Counted from the stretch's first letter, positions 17,864 to 27,038 are shown. The stretch: 64,000 nucleotides of DNA from a virus (IMGVR_UViG_3300023174_000037), one strand, 5' to 3'. Notes: generated from the letters alone by a model not told the origin. Numbers and translations: made by a program.

Positions 17864-18509
17864 AAGTTGGATTTAAAATTTGTTGTGAGTATTCAATTAC
17901 ATATTCGTATGCCGCGGGATCAATGGTTTTAACCTGTTGCAATAGTTGTTTAAATGTTAGTGATTGTCCTATGCATTTAAATATTGCTGTGTCTATCCGT
18001 TGATACATTTCATTATTTTTTATTGATGAAATTTTTTCTATCAATGCCGAATCGGGTCGAGGAACTCCGTCGGGTTTTATATTTTTTCCAGTAATTTCTT
18101 CAATGGCTGACATTGGTAATAAGTTTAGTGTTGCATTCAAACTCAAATATCTTGCTAAATTTAGTAGCCAAACAAACTGTGAAGCATAATGGCGATCCAA
18201 CGATATATAATTTAAACCAAACCATTCTACTGTATTTTTATCAAGACCCGGGTTATCTCTAAGTGTATGTTGTATAAATGTATTGATCCCAGAAAGTAAT
18301 CGGTCCTCAGGATTTCGTATGATTACATCGATACTGCTTATTTTTTGAATCTGTTCATTGATGTGAATTCGTTGAGGGTCTGTTGTTCTAGACACATTAA
18401 TACTACTGTGCCCATTTTTAAAAATAACATAGACATACCGCTGCAAGGATATGATTTCTCTTACCTCACAGCGGTCTGGGAACAACATGCGATCTAAATG
18501 CGATAACAT
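17850..18509 (-). CDS. Sulfotransferase-2-like protein
   Basis: IFKNGHSS, IRNPEDRLLSG, DRHYASQ match the Sulfotransfer_2 pattern K-x-x-S-S / R-N-P-x-x-R-x-x-S / D-x-H-x-x-x-Q. Confidence 0.55.
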   Translation of the reverse strand: MLSHLDRMLFPDRCEVREIISLQRYVYVIFKNGHSSINVSRTTDPQRIHINEQIQKISSIDVIIRNPEDRLLSGINTFIQHTLRDNPGLDKNTVEWFGLNYISLDRHYASQFVWLLNLARYLSLNATLNLLPMSAIEEITGKNIKPDGVPRPDSALIEKISSIKNNEMYQRIDTAIFKCIGQSLTFKQLLQQVKTIDPAAYEYVIEYSQQILNPTYVLS

Positions 18510-18512
18510 TTA

Positions 18513-19499
18513 TTACGCTTTTTGACGGGCCCTAATCATTGCCAAGATGTCTTGTGCCTTGTCGCTAGAAGCTGGTTTAGCCACTACCGGAGCAGTTGCC
18601 ACTAGTGGCTCTTCGTCGTCAAAGTCACTAGATGCTGACGGTGCTGGAGCCGCTGTTGCTGTTGGTGCTGGAGCACTTTCGGCAACAGTAGCACTAGAAC
18701 CTGCAGGAGCATTAACACCTGCTGGGCGGAAATACTGACCCCAACGTTCTGTATCATAGCTTTGGCCATCAACACTTGCTTCAAACATTTCTTTGATGAC
18801 TTTGAGCTCAACTTCGCCTGGTTTCTTGGGCATAAATGTGCTCAAGTCAAACAAGCCATGTTTCTCAATTGCAGCTTGTTCAGCTTCGGTCAGTGCTGTT
18901 TCTTTACGAGCCCACTTGCTACCATTGTAGTCAGCAAAACCACCTTTGCTACCTTTGCTGATACGGAAGTCCAGGCCACGTAGATAGTCAGTTGGCAATT
19001 CTTCCAACTCTGGATCCATCAACGCACCTTTGATAGTGGTAAAGATTTGAGGACCAATGATGAATCTACGAATTGGATTCTCTGGGGTTTTGTCATCGCC
19101 AAGTGGGTTCTCACGCACAAAGCCTTGGAAAATGTAACTGCGTTTTTTCCAATACTTACGACCCATTTCTTCAAGGCTCTTGTCCTTAAACCAAGTGCGA
19201 ACTTCAGTAAGCACTGGACAAGTTTCTTGCCACATTTCCACGCATGGAACTTGGACGTATACTTGTTTGGATTCCATTTCACCTTTGACGCCATTGAATG
19301 GCAAACGAATCATTGCTCGTTCTTGCCAAAAGAATGTGTTCTTGGTGTTGCCGTCTGGAAGGAATCGGAGTGTTGCGGAAGCGCCTTCTTCCATGTTCCA
19401 GTGTGGGTAAATTGCATTATCGCCACCTGTGGAATTGCCGCCTTGTTTGTTACCTTCTGATTGTGCGAGTCTCGCACGGATGTCTGCTAAAGATGCCAT
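18513..19499 (-). CDS. gp32: Single-stranded DNA-binding protein (T4 gp32-like)
   Basis: LRFLPD, CPV...YWKKRSY, LRISK-like DFRISK, YNGSKW, acidic Ala/Pro-rich tail. Confidence 0.92.
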   Translation of the reverse strand: MASLADIRARLAQSEGNKQGGNSTGGDNAIYPHWNMEEGASATLRFLPDGNTKNTFFWQERAMIRLPFNGVKGEMESKQVYVQVPCVEMWQETCPVLTEVRTWFKDKSLEEMGRKYWKKRSYIFQGFVRENPLGDDKTPENPIRRFIIGPQIFTTIKGALMDPELEELPTDYLRGLDFRISKGSKGGFADYNGSKWARKETALTEAEQAAIEKHGLFDLSTFMPKKPGEVELKVIKEMFEASVDGQSYDTERWGQYFRPAGVNAPAGSSATVAESAPAPTATAAPAPSASSDFDDEEPLVATAPVVAKPASSDKAQDILAMIRARQKA

Positions 19500-19504
19500 A
19501 GTTA

Positions 19505-19562
19505 GTTGCCTTTCAAAGTTGTTTACTATGTTGCCTATCTAAAAATTTAGATCGAGTTGCCT
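19505..19562 (-). repeat. Three AGGCAAC heptamers at 25-26 nt spacing in the gp32 5' leader
   Basis: GTTGCCT at 19505-19511, 19530-19536, 19556-19562; ATCTAAA/TTTAGAT hairpin between copies. Confidence 0.75.
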
Positions 19563-19597
19563 GTGATGCTAATGTAAAAAGCGCATACACTAGGGTT

Positions 19598-19635
19598 AGT
19601 ATATACGCTTTATTTCTTAGCGTCAAGTGTATTTA
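19598..19635 (-). promoter_or_regulatory. Tandem sigma70-type and late promoters of gp32
   Basis: TTGACG-17nt-TATACT (19598-19626) plus TAAATA (19630-19635). Confidence 0.75.
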
Positions 19636-19660
19636 TGACGCGGTTGTTCTAATTGCTAAA

Positions 19661-22600
19661 TTACTTCTTCATTCCTGAAAGTTCTTTGAGCCGGTCCAAA
19701 AAGCTGGTATCTTTGTCTACTGCTTGCATTTTACCAGAATGTCCATACTGCCCGGCCAAAGACGAACGACTTTCTTTAGTGGCTGAATCTGGATGTGGCT
19801 TGCCGTGGGCACGTTGATAGAAATCAAATTCGGCTTTGCGATCCTTTTGTTCAATATCTTTGCGAGTTAACGGTGCTTGGCCTTGTTTGTTACGTTGAAT
19901 AGTTGGCCGTTCGTAATCTCTAGGATTTTTAGGATCAATTGCTTCATCGGTGGTACCACCGCCTATCGCATCACCAATAGAATTGCCTATTGATGCTCCA
20001 CGAATTGCTCCAGCTGGGCCGCCTACTAATGCTCCGCCAATTCCACCAAGTGCGGCACCTACTAAACCTTCGTCGGTTTGTTCTTGATTTTCTCCCAAAA
20101 TTGCGTCAATAAGTTTTTTGCCACCGTATAACAGAGCTAGTAATAATCCAATCGGTATTGCATACTTCACTGCGGCTGATGCTAAGTCTCCAATAGTTTT
20201 TCCGTCAACTGCGGTGCCTACGGCTTTGGTAATTGCCTCAGCGGCCGATCCAATGTCGTGATATACTTCGCCTACTCCGGTACCTAGACTGTTCGCCAAG
20301 TCTGTGATACCTTGGTAAGCACCAACTCCAACACCGATTGGCACTGCATTTTTGGCGGCTATCTCTGCACCTTGTTTGGCCACTTGACCAACTGCTTGTG
20401 CACCTTGTTTGGCCACTTGACCAACTACCGGAGCCGCAGATTTAGCTGCCTGTCCGGCTACTTGTGCTCCTTGCCCGGCCATTTTACCTATTGCCGGGCC
20501 AATTTTTGATAGTAACGGCATTAATGCTCTGGCACCAGCGGCTAGAGCTGGGCCAATGAATTCATTTAATTGTTCATCTTCATGAATTCCGGCGGCTTTT
20601 TTCATTTTGATTAATTCGTCATCTTCGTCTGTTTCTTTCCTACCAGCCGATGATACCGCGTTCATTGCAGATCCAGCAATAGTAACTGGCGCTCCTACAA
20701 CATCACCAACAACTTCGCCAGCGCCTTTGGCAAAATCTTTTACAATGCCCTCGTCGGTTTCTTGTTCACCAACAAGGCCGCTTAAGGCGCTGCCAATTGA
20801 GCTACCAATACCATCTAGCGCACCAGATCCTGCGGCATACCCTAGTGCGCCGCCAGCCAACGCCGGAACAATAGGATTGATACTATCGTCATCTTCTTCA
20901 TCGTCTTTTTCAACTAACGCAGATCCGCCCTTGGTGAGGTGTTGACCTAATCCAGCACCAACGATGCCGCCAAGTGGTCCGCCTAACATTGTACCAATTG
21001 CTCCGCCGCCTAGTGTGCCAAGAATGCCTTCATCAGTTTCTTCTTCGCCTACCAATGGAATACTTAAAGATTTTCCGCCACCACCTAGGCCTTGTGCTAC
21101 TGGATCTAATAGTTTTTTAACAATTTGACCGGTTGAATTTTCTTTGTTTTCTTCCATACCGGCATGATCGTATTCGGGTGCTGGGCGTTGTTTAGCCGGC
21201 ACACCAGCAATTTTTAATATACCTGATAACGAGTCTTGATATTCGTCGGCATAGTCGCCCACACTTTCACGTTCCATTCCGTAGTCCTCATCTGGAATGC
21301 CTGGACTACGACCACCATAACCACTAATGCCTAAGTCTGCACCAAAACGATCAGCTACCCATTCATATGGGTCTCCGTCGCGGGCTTTTTTAGTACCATA
21401 TGGCATGTCGTCAAAGTAATAGTCATACAGGGCATTGTGCAGTTCGTCACTGACTTCGCCTGTTTCTTCAAAGTCCTTGACATCACGTTTGAATGTATTG
21501 AGGATGTGTTGGAATGTAGAACCTGTGCTGTCGGTAAGAACACTTTCATTCATTGGTTCAAGATCAGCAGGATTAGTTGCTTCAGGAGGATTCATTTCAG
21601 CAGTAGGATCAATTTGCAATTGGTCTAATACCGTACGCACTTCGGGCCAATCACTGAGTTCTTGCAAGCGATCCATGATCACTTGACGTGCATCAGCATT
21701 GGCATCACGATCAGCTAATTCTTCTAACTGATCAAACAACTGATCGTCGCCAACAAGTCCATACAATTGTTCAGTGACATTGGTAGCATCAGCGCCCACT
21801 GGTAAATCTTTACTTAGAAGCTCGATTAGTTTATCTTGCTTCTCTGGAGTATCTGGCAATGACCAGGTTCCTTCTGTTAGGCGCTCTGCCCAAGCTTCAA
21901 ATATATTGGCTTCTTTCATTGCTGTTCCTTGTTGTTGTATTTTGGCCAGCAAAGGTAATGCTGACTCAATTCTTGTGTCAATGCTTTGCTTGACAAAAAG
22001 ATTTTTTAAACTTTCAATCACTACGTCTTGCTCTGAAATCTCAGCCGGACTCCATGATTCAAAATATGTTGCGTATCCAGTCCGGGTACCAAGCCCTTTG
22101 AGACTGCGTTGCAAGTTTGCTTGATACTCTTGAACTTGTTCTAATAATTGCTGTGTATCGCCTTCGAAAATTTGTCCTTGATTGGCTCTGCGGAAACGAC
22201 TCAATACATTTAGCTCTGTGACCATTTCGGCAATGTGATTGCCTCTGGCATCGTAAGGACGTCCACCTTGACGCACATGCTCCAACATGGCACGTCCGCC
22301 AGTTAGGCTCTTAAATGGTAACTTGTAACGTTCACTGTCGGCTGTTTCAATAAACAGGCTTTCGATATAACGGAAACGGGCATCACCCTCAGCAATGTTT
22401 TTCTTATGACGAATCATCAGTCGAGCTTCAGTGGCGGCGCCGCTCCAGCTAGTTGTCCGATTACCAGTCCATGATTCAAACAGGCCTTCTTTGATAGCCG
22501 CTTGCCCTTGCATACTGTAACGCAAACGATTTAAGTTTTTGATACCAAACGTCATGAAGTTTCTCACGGCAAAATTTTTCAACTGTTCTAAGAAACTGAA

Positions 22601-22855
22601 CCAGTCGTTTTTGTCGTCACCTTCCATGGTACGTCCCACATTGTCTGAGCAATAAACTTCAAGGTCGTTGTCATCGCCCAGCATGATTACCACTGTGCCA
22701 TAATCTTTGCCCGAGTGGGCAACAAAGTCAAAACTGTATATTTCAGTTTCTGCAGGGTCGGATGCAGGTTTACCAGAACTGTCCAGCATTTCTGGGTCAA
22801 AATCTCTACTGACCAGTAGATCAAATAATTTACGAGCGGGTGTGATATCTGCCAT
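19661..22855 (-). CDS. Large putative internal head protein with glycine-zipper segments
   Basis: 1064 aa; follows gp17; own TAAATA 22863-22868; repeated TDE/LNE motifs preceding GxxxG-rich hydrophobic stretches. Confidence 0.6.
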   Translation of the reverse strand: MADITPARKLFDLLVSRDFDPEMLDSSGKPASDPAETEIYSFDFVAHSGKDYGTVVIMLGDDNDLEVYCSDNVGRTMEGDDKNDWFSFLEQLKNFAVRNFMTFGIKNLNRLRYSMQGQAAIKEGLFESWTGNRTTSWSGAATEARLMIRHKKNIAEGDARFRYIESLFIETADSERYKLPFKSLTGGRAMLEHVRQGGRPYDARGNHIAEMVTELNVLSRFRRANQGQIFEGDTQQLLEQVQEYQANLQRSLKGLGTRTGYATYFESWSPAEISEQDVVIESLKNLFVKQSIDTRIESALPLLAKIQQQGTAMKEANIFEAWAERLTEGTWSLPDTPEKQDKLIELLSKDLPVGADATNVTEQLYGLVGDDQLFDQLEELADRDANADARQVIMDRLQELSDWPEVRTVLDQLQIDPTAEMNPPEATNPADLEPMNESVLTDSTGSTFQHILNTFKRDVKDFEETGEVSDELHNALYDYYFDDMPYGTKKARDGDPYEWVADRFGADLGISGYGGRSPGIPDEDYGMERESVGDYADEYQDSLSGILKIAGVPAKQRPAPEYDHAGMEENKENSTGQIVKKLLDPVAQGLGGGGKSLSIPLVGEEETDEGILGTLGGGAIGTMLGGPLGGIVGAGLGQHLTKGGSALVEKDDEEDDDSINPIVPALAGGALGYAAGSGALDGIGSSIGSALSGLVGEQETDEGIVKDFAKGAGEVVGDVVGAPVTIAGSAMNAVSSAGRKETDEDDELIKMKKAAGIHEDEQLNEFIGPALAAGARALMPLLSKIGPAIGKMAGQGAQVAGQAAKSAAPVVGQVAKQGAQAVGQVAKQGAEIAAKNAVPIGVGVGAYQGITDLANSLGTGVGEVYHDIGSAAEAITKAVGTAVDGKTIGDLASAAVKYAIPIGLLLALLYGGKKLIDAILGENQEQTDEGLVGAALGGIGGALVGGPAGAIRGASIGNSIGDAIGGGTTDEAIDPKNPRDYERPTIQRNKQGQAPLTRKDIEQKDRKAEFDFYQRAHGKPHPDSATKESRSSLAGQYGHSGKMQAVDKDTSFLDRLKELSGMKK

Positions 22856-22865
22856 AGTAGTGTAT

Positions 22866-24431
22866 TTAGCGCCTTACGCTGATGAACGGCATAGGAGGAA
22901 TTATATTATCTCCGTGGTCTCTTAGCTGGGTATCGATGCTGTTATCATAGGTTTGTAACAGTTGTAGCATACGCACCGTCAGCACTGTGGCCATTACTAG
23001 GTCGTCAGTTTCACCTATTTTGGCCGCATAACTTACACCGGCAGCCACAAAGGTTTTAAGCTCGCTGACCATGCTTGCACTACGTATTTTCATGCGACCG
23101 GATTCAATCAAGGTTTTTAATTTGTTACAGGCCGCCAGCTTGGGTTTATTTGTAGTATTAAATCCTTTGCGGTATCGTCTATTTCCACCCGAGTGTGGAT
23201 CGCTTAAAAAGTAGCCTTGTATGTTTTCTTCGCCATATTCATCGATACTGATCAAGGCAGCTTCACCAATGGTATTGTTTTCTATACTAAAATATATTCG
23301 TTGTGGGTCTTTGACTGTTTCGTTTATGTGAGCACAGATGCTGGCCAATATACGAACCTGTTCAGGTATGGGTGTTCTGTTATGACGCCATTCGGCCACT
23401 TGTTCTGTGGTTTCTGCTTCAAATATTTGTATAGCGGCTGCATCCCCACCCGTGCCTAAGCTAGGATCAAGACCAATCACATAGGTACGTCCTGCTCGGG
23501 GTCGTTGATACCATCGAACTTGTCCAGTTTTATACAAGGGTTCATGTCCTTGTAGATCAATAAGTTTAGCAGGAGCAATCAAGGTTTCATCATTGATGAT
23601 GAATTCACAACCCATTTCTCGACGGAAACGATCTTCACCTAACTGTGCTCGCTGTTCGCTGGCCCACTTTTCATCACGATCTGGATGTTCATTCCAGTAG
23701 CTACGATAACTCTTAAATCCATTGATGCCAACGTCAGTAGGATTGCCAAATTCGTCCTCGCACTTGAGAGCACCTTTCCAAAGCAGGGCAAACTGATCTT
23801 CGTCTGAGTTCGGAGTGCTAGTGATAATTGCCTTACCACCAGTGGCCAACGTAGGACTGATACTAGTCCAGAACTCTTTGGCAATGCCAGGGCGCACGAA
23901 CGCAAACTCGTCACAGTATAGTAAGGATATACTCATACCGCGTCCGGTATTTTCTGTTGTGGTGGTCGAAACTATGCGACTTCCGTTTTCAAAGTCTAGA
24001 TTGCCTTTGTTGTAACTGGTAACACCGGCACGTATATGATCTGGGCACAACTCGTACGCATAGCGAATACGTTGCATGATTTCTTGTGAGCCGGTGTATT
24101 TGTGTGCGGCAATAAGGATTGTGCTGTCAGGGCGAAACATGGCCACCCATAACAGATATCCAGCGGCACTGGTTGATTTACCAGTTTGTCGAGGCATCAT
24201 ACTGATACTGAATCGATAGTTGTGGTAAGTGTCTATCAGTCGCTTTTGATAGTCAAACGGATGATACAGCATCTTGCCCTTGACCGGATGCTGTATATGG
24301 AAGAAGTTGTCCATAAAGTATTGTGGCCCAGTAACAGGGTCAGCGCATTTTACAAACTCCTCCAACTGTTGATCCGTGAAGGCTGTCTTCTTGTATGGTG
24401 TTTTAACTAAAGTTGATTCGGTTTGGCTCAT
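22866..24431 (-). CDS. gp17: Terminase large subunit (T4 gp17-like)
   Basis: PRQTGKS, LLYCDEFAF, STPN, GLDPSLG, DDLVMA. Confidence 0.95.
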   Translation of the reverse strand: MSQTESTLVKTPYKKTAFTDQQLEEFVKCADPVTGPQYFMDNFFHIQHPVKGKMLYHPFDYQKRLIDTYHNYRFSISMMPRQTGKSTSAAGYLLWVAMFRPDSTILIAAHKYTGSQEIMQRIRYAYELCPDHIRAGVTSYNKGNLDFENGSRIVSTTTTENTGRGMSISLLYCDEFAFVRPGIAKEFWTSISPTLATGGKAIITSTPNSDEDQFALLWKGALKCEDEFGNPTDVGINGFKSYRSYWNEHPDRDEKWASEQRAQLGEDRFRREMGCEFIINDETLIAPAKLIDLQGHEPLYKTGQVRWYQRPRAGRTYVIGLDPSLGTGGDAAAIQIFEAETTEQVAEWRHNRTPIPEQVRILASICAHINETVKDPQRIYFSIENNTIGEAALISIDEYGEENIQGYFLSDPHSGGNRRYRKGFNTTNKPKLAACNKLKTLIESGRMKIRSASMVSELKTFVAAGVSYAAKIGETDDLVMATVLTVRMLQLLQTYDNSIDTQLRDHGDNIIPPMPFISVRR

Positions 24432-25549
24432 AATATACTTGCTAGCTCAGGCCATAATTGTTCAAAGCGACCTATCATACTAGAATGATATTTACTTTCA
24501 ATTTCAGCAATGTGATTTATAAATTCTGGTAAGACATTGTTATTGGCCTGCTGATGTCGGGATTCGGTCTCTTGTAAGAAGTTACGTTGGGCATGATCCA
24601 AATTGTGATTACTCAATACTTTTTGTAATTCTTTAAGAGCCAACTGTCTAACATCAGGTCCAAGTTGTAAGGGATCTAAATAGGCTGGATGATACAGGCT
24701 TTGCCAATGCACAGGCACATTGGCATCATGTGCCCAAGAAATCAATTCAGATAGTCTAGTAGCATTGTAAATGTTGTAAAGCGGATGTATGCCTAATCTA
24801 TGTCCTGAGCAGGCCTGTATTGCTTTGATGTTGCGTTCAATTTGATTCCATGTACCGCCATAGCGCACATATTCAAATCTATCGCCTGTGTTGTCAATGC
24901 TGATGTTCCAACCAACACGCTGACGTTCGGCCAGTTTGGCAAATATTTTGTTAGTGCTCAAGTCTACCCCAAGGTTGGTTATAACGTCAACTTGGCAATC
25001 CACAGGAATTGCATCCAACAAGCGTTCGTTTTCTTTCAGCAACAGGGGTTCGCCACCAATTAGAGCCACTTTCTTAATGTGGGCTTGATGCTGTTCAAGA
25101 TAGTCGCATACCTGGTCTGAGTAGGGTCTAGTGCCCGACTGCACTGATAACTGTTTTAAACTGGCCCACTGACTGCTGCTGTGTTCATTGCAATAGTTAC
25201 AGCTGAAATTGCAAGTGGTGTTCCAGCGTATATCAATCAGCACCGGATGATGTTCTGTATCTGTGGCTTGGCCGGCATCAAAGCCAGGATTTATTCTGTT
25301 GTGCCAATCACGTTCGCTACGACCATAACGCTCGGCCTGCACACAATTGTGGCAATACTGGGCATGTGGGCGGCCTTCACGCAGGGTTTGTCTGACTTCT
25401 TGTAGGGCAGAGCCGTGTAGAATCTCCTCAATAGTTTGGCTGTTTAAGTTGCCCAACATATTAGGATCACCTGCACAACAGGTTTTGACACTGCCTTGTG
25501 GATTGATGTGCAAGCCCCTCCATGGAGCTGCACACAAGAAGTTGCTCAT
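24428..25549 (-). CDS. Radical SAM protein with N-terminal SPASM/Twitch-like domain
   Basis: CNFSCNYC, GGEPLL, N-terminal LCAAPW...KTCC...CHNC; ATGA overlap with gp17. Confidence 0.88.
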   Translation of the reverse strand: MSNFLCAAPWRGLHINPQGSVKTCCAGDPNMLGNLNSQTIEEILHGSALQEVRQTLREGRPHAQYCHNCVQAERYGRSERDWHNRINPGFDAGQATDTEHHPVLIDIRWNTTCNFSCNYCNEHSSSQWASLKQLSVQSGTRPYSDQVCDYLEQHQAHIKKVALIGGEPLLLKENERLLDAIPVDCQVDVITNLGVDLSTNKIFAKLAERQRVGWNISIDNTGDRFEYVRYGGTWNQIERNIKAIQACSGHRLGIHPLYNIYNATRLSELISWAHDANVPVHWQSLYHPAYLDPLQLGPDVRQLALKELQKVLSNHNLDHAQRNFLQETESRHQQANNNVLPEFINHIAEIESKYHSSMIGRFEQLWPELASIL

Positions 25550-25571
25550 ACTGTAATTATGAGCGTCGGAG

Positions 25572-26282
25572 CTACTGCCCTAAATTAAACTGCATTCCAG
25601 TTGCTTGCTCTACTACAGCTATTGGCACTTGATACTTGGGTAAATCTGCCACAGGAAGTGGCGCATTTGGCATCAAGTATGCTTGAACATTACGACTATT
25701 CTTTTCAATAATAATTTTATACAGGCGTGTTGGAATGCCTAAGCCGTTGCCCACAACAGGATGTCCAGTATCAAATATACCGCCAGAAATAATGTAAAAA
25801 TCTGTGCCAGGAGCAGTTGCCCAGGTACGTTCCCAGGTTTCTAACTGTTTCCAAATGCCGCGGTTATTGTTGGCCACTTGTGCCACCATGTTGCTTAAGA
25901 AGAAACTCTCACTCATGATAGCATCGTTCTGTGTGTTGTTGCCAGCAGGTGCCATATGACCACGGTCATGTGTGCGGCCTACAGTAGCATAGTCAGCCAA
26001 TGTAGCACTGCATTCGGGAGTTACAGCTGGGTCTGGGCGGAAGTTGTCTTTGCGTTTGGCAGGACCGGTCATTGCGGCTACTGTTAAATGTTCAAACACT
26101 GCCACCGGTGCCTTGACACTACACCTATGGATCACAGCATAGTTTGTATGGCAAATTTCTTGATCACCTGGTTGAGGTTGATAATGCGGTGTGCCGTTGA
26201 CTGTAAACTGTGGGCATTGCTGATTGATTTGTGCCAGAGCCGCAAGTGGAACAAAGAGCAATACTAATAATAACTTTTTCAT
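25572..26282 (-). CDS. DNA/RNA non-specific endonuclease (NucA/EndA family) with signal peptide
   Basis: DRGH active site, SFFLSNMVAQ...NNRGIW, PTRLYK; N-terminal MKKLLLVLLFVPLAALA. Confidence 0.9.
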   Translation of the reverse strand: MKKLLLVLLFVPLAALAQINQQCPQFTVNGTPHYQPQPGDQEICHTNYAVIHRCSVKAPVAVFEHLTVAAMTGPAKRKDNFRPDPAVTPECSATLADYATVGRTHDRGHMAPAGNNTQNDAIMSESFFLSNMVAQVANNNRGIWKQLETWERTWATAPGTDFYIISGGIFDTGHPVVGNGLGIPTRLYKIIIEKNSRNVQAYLMPNAPLPVADLPKYQVPIAVVEQATGMQFNLGQ

Positions 26283-26665
26283 CTTGGATAGCCTTTGAAT
26301 GCCTTTACAGGGCTAGCTGTGTCCACAAACGCCGGCTCTACACTTTTAGCTGTGCTTACTAGATCCTTGCCGCCGGGTGTATCGGTCATAGACAAAGCCT
26401 GATCAATAATGGGTTCAATGCTGGCATTCATGCCAATCACAACGCCGTGTTCGCCAAATGCTGTTTGGGCCGTCCATTCAGGCATGTCTTTGGTCAAGCC
26501 ATCAGTTCCGGCATCACTTCTTGCACGAGCCATGGCCACTCCAAAACGATAATTTTTGTAAGGATCGGCTGCACTGAGCCCGGGAATCACAAAGGTATAA
26601 CGCATTGGCTCAGCAATTTCCGCTGGCAATTCACGTTGTTCTGTGATAAACTCACGAGCTCTCAT
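26279..26665 (-). CDS. Putative internal head protein (paralogue of 26662..27036)
   Basis: N-terminus MRAREFITE, C-terminus SPVKAFKGYPR. Confidence 0.6.
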   Translation of the reverse strand: MRAREFITEQRELPAEIAEPMRYTFVIPGLSAADPYKNYRFGVAMARARSDAGTDGLTKDMPEWTAQTAFGEHGVVIGMNASIEPIIDQALSMTDTPGGKDLVSTAKSVEPAFVDTASPVKAFKGYPR

Positions 26666-27036
26666 CTTGGATACCCTTTGAATGCCTTTACAGGACTGTT
26701 GGTATAAGTTGAGTCTAATTCTTGACTGTCATTGTCACCATGATTCAGATCATAAGCCTCGCTGCCAGTAGCTTGCAATGCCTGCTTCAGCATAGCCGCT
26801 TCTTCGTCTGTGTAAGGGTGCGCTGTGTTGTAACGTCCAGCCCAACTTTCTGTGTCTAGATCCAATGGCTTTCCTGATCCATCAGCACGGGCCACTGCCA
26901 TCATCACACGATTTAATTCGTAGGTACGATCATACCCGCCAATGTCACGAAACTTGGTAAGTCCTCGAGTTCCAGCTTGACGACGGTTGCCAATCTTGCC
27001 AACATGTTTCTCTATTAGAAACTCTGAGGCTCGCAT
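26662..27036 (-). CDS. Putative internal head protein (paralogue of 26279..26665)
   Basis: N-terminus MRASEFLIE, C-terminus SPVKAFKGYPR. Confidence 0.6.
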   Translation of the reverse strand: MRASEFLIEKHVGKIGNRRQAGTRGLTKFRDIGGYDRTYELNRVMMAVARADGSGKPLDLDTESWAGRYNTAHPYTDEEAAMLKQALQATGSEAYDLNHGDNDSQELDSTYTNSPVKAFKGYPR

Positions 27037-27038
27037 GA

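Noticed and set aside
2197-24431. Inteins or introns in helicase, UvsX, UvsW or terminase
   Set aside because: Lengths and motif spacing are normal, with no Hint/LAGLIDADG insertions
19661-25549. RiPP cluster (radical SAM plus glycine-rich precursor)
   Set aside because: The Gly-rich segments are inside a large late protein with xxE sites rather than double-Gly leaders, and there is no transporter or peptidase; the link to the rSAM genes is unsupported
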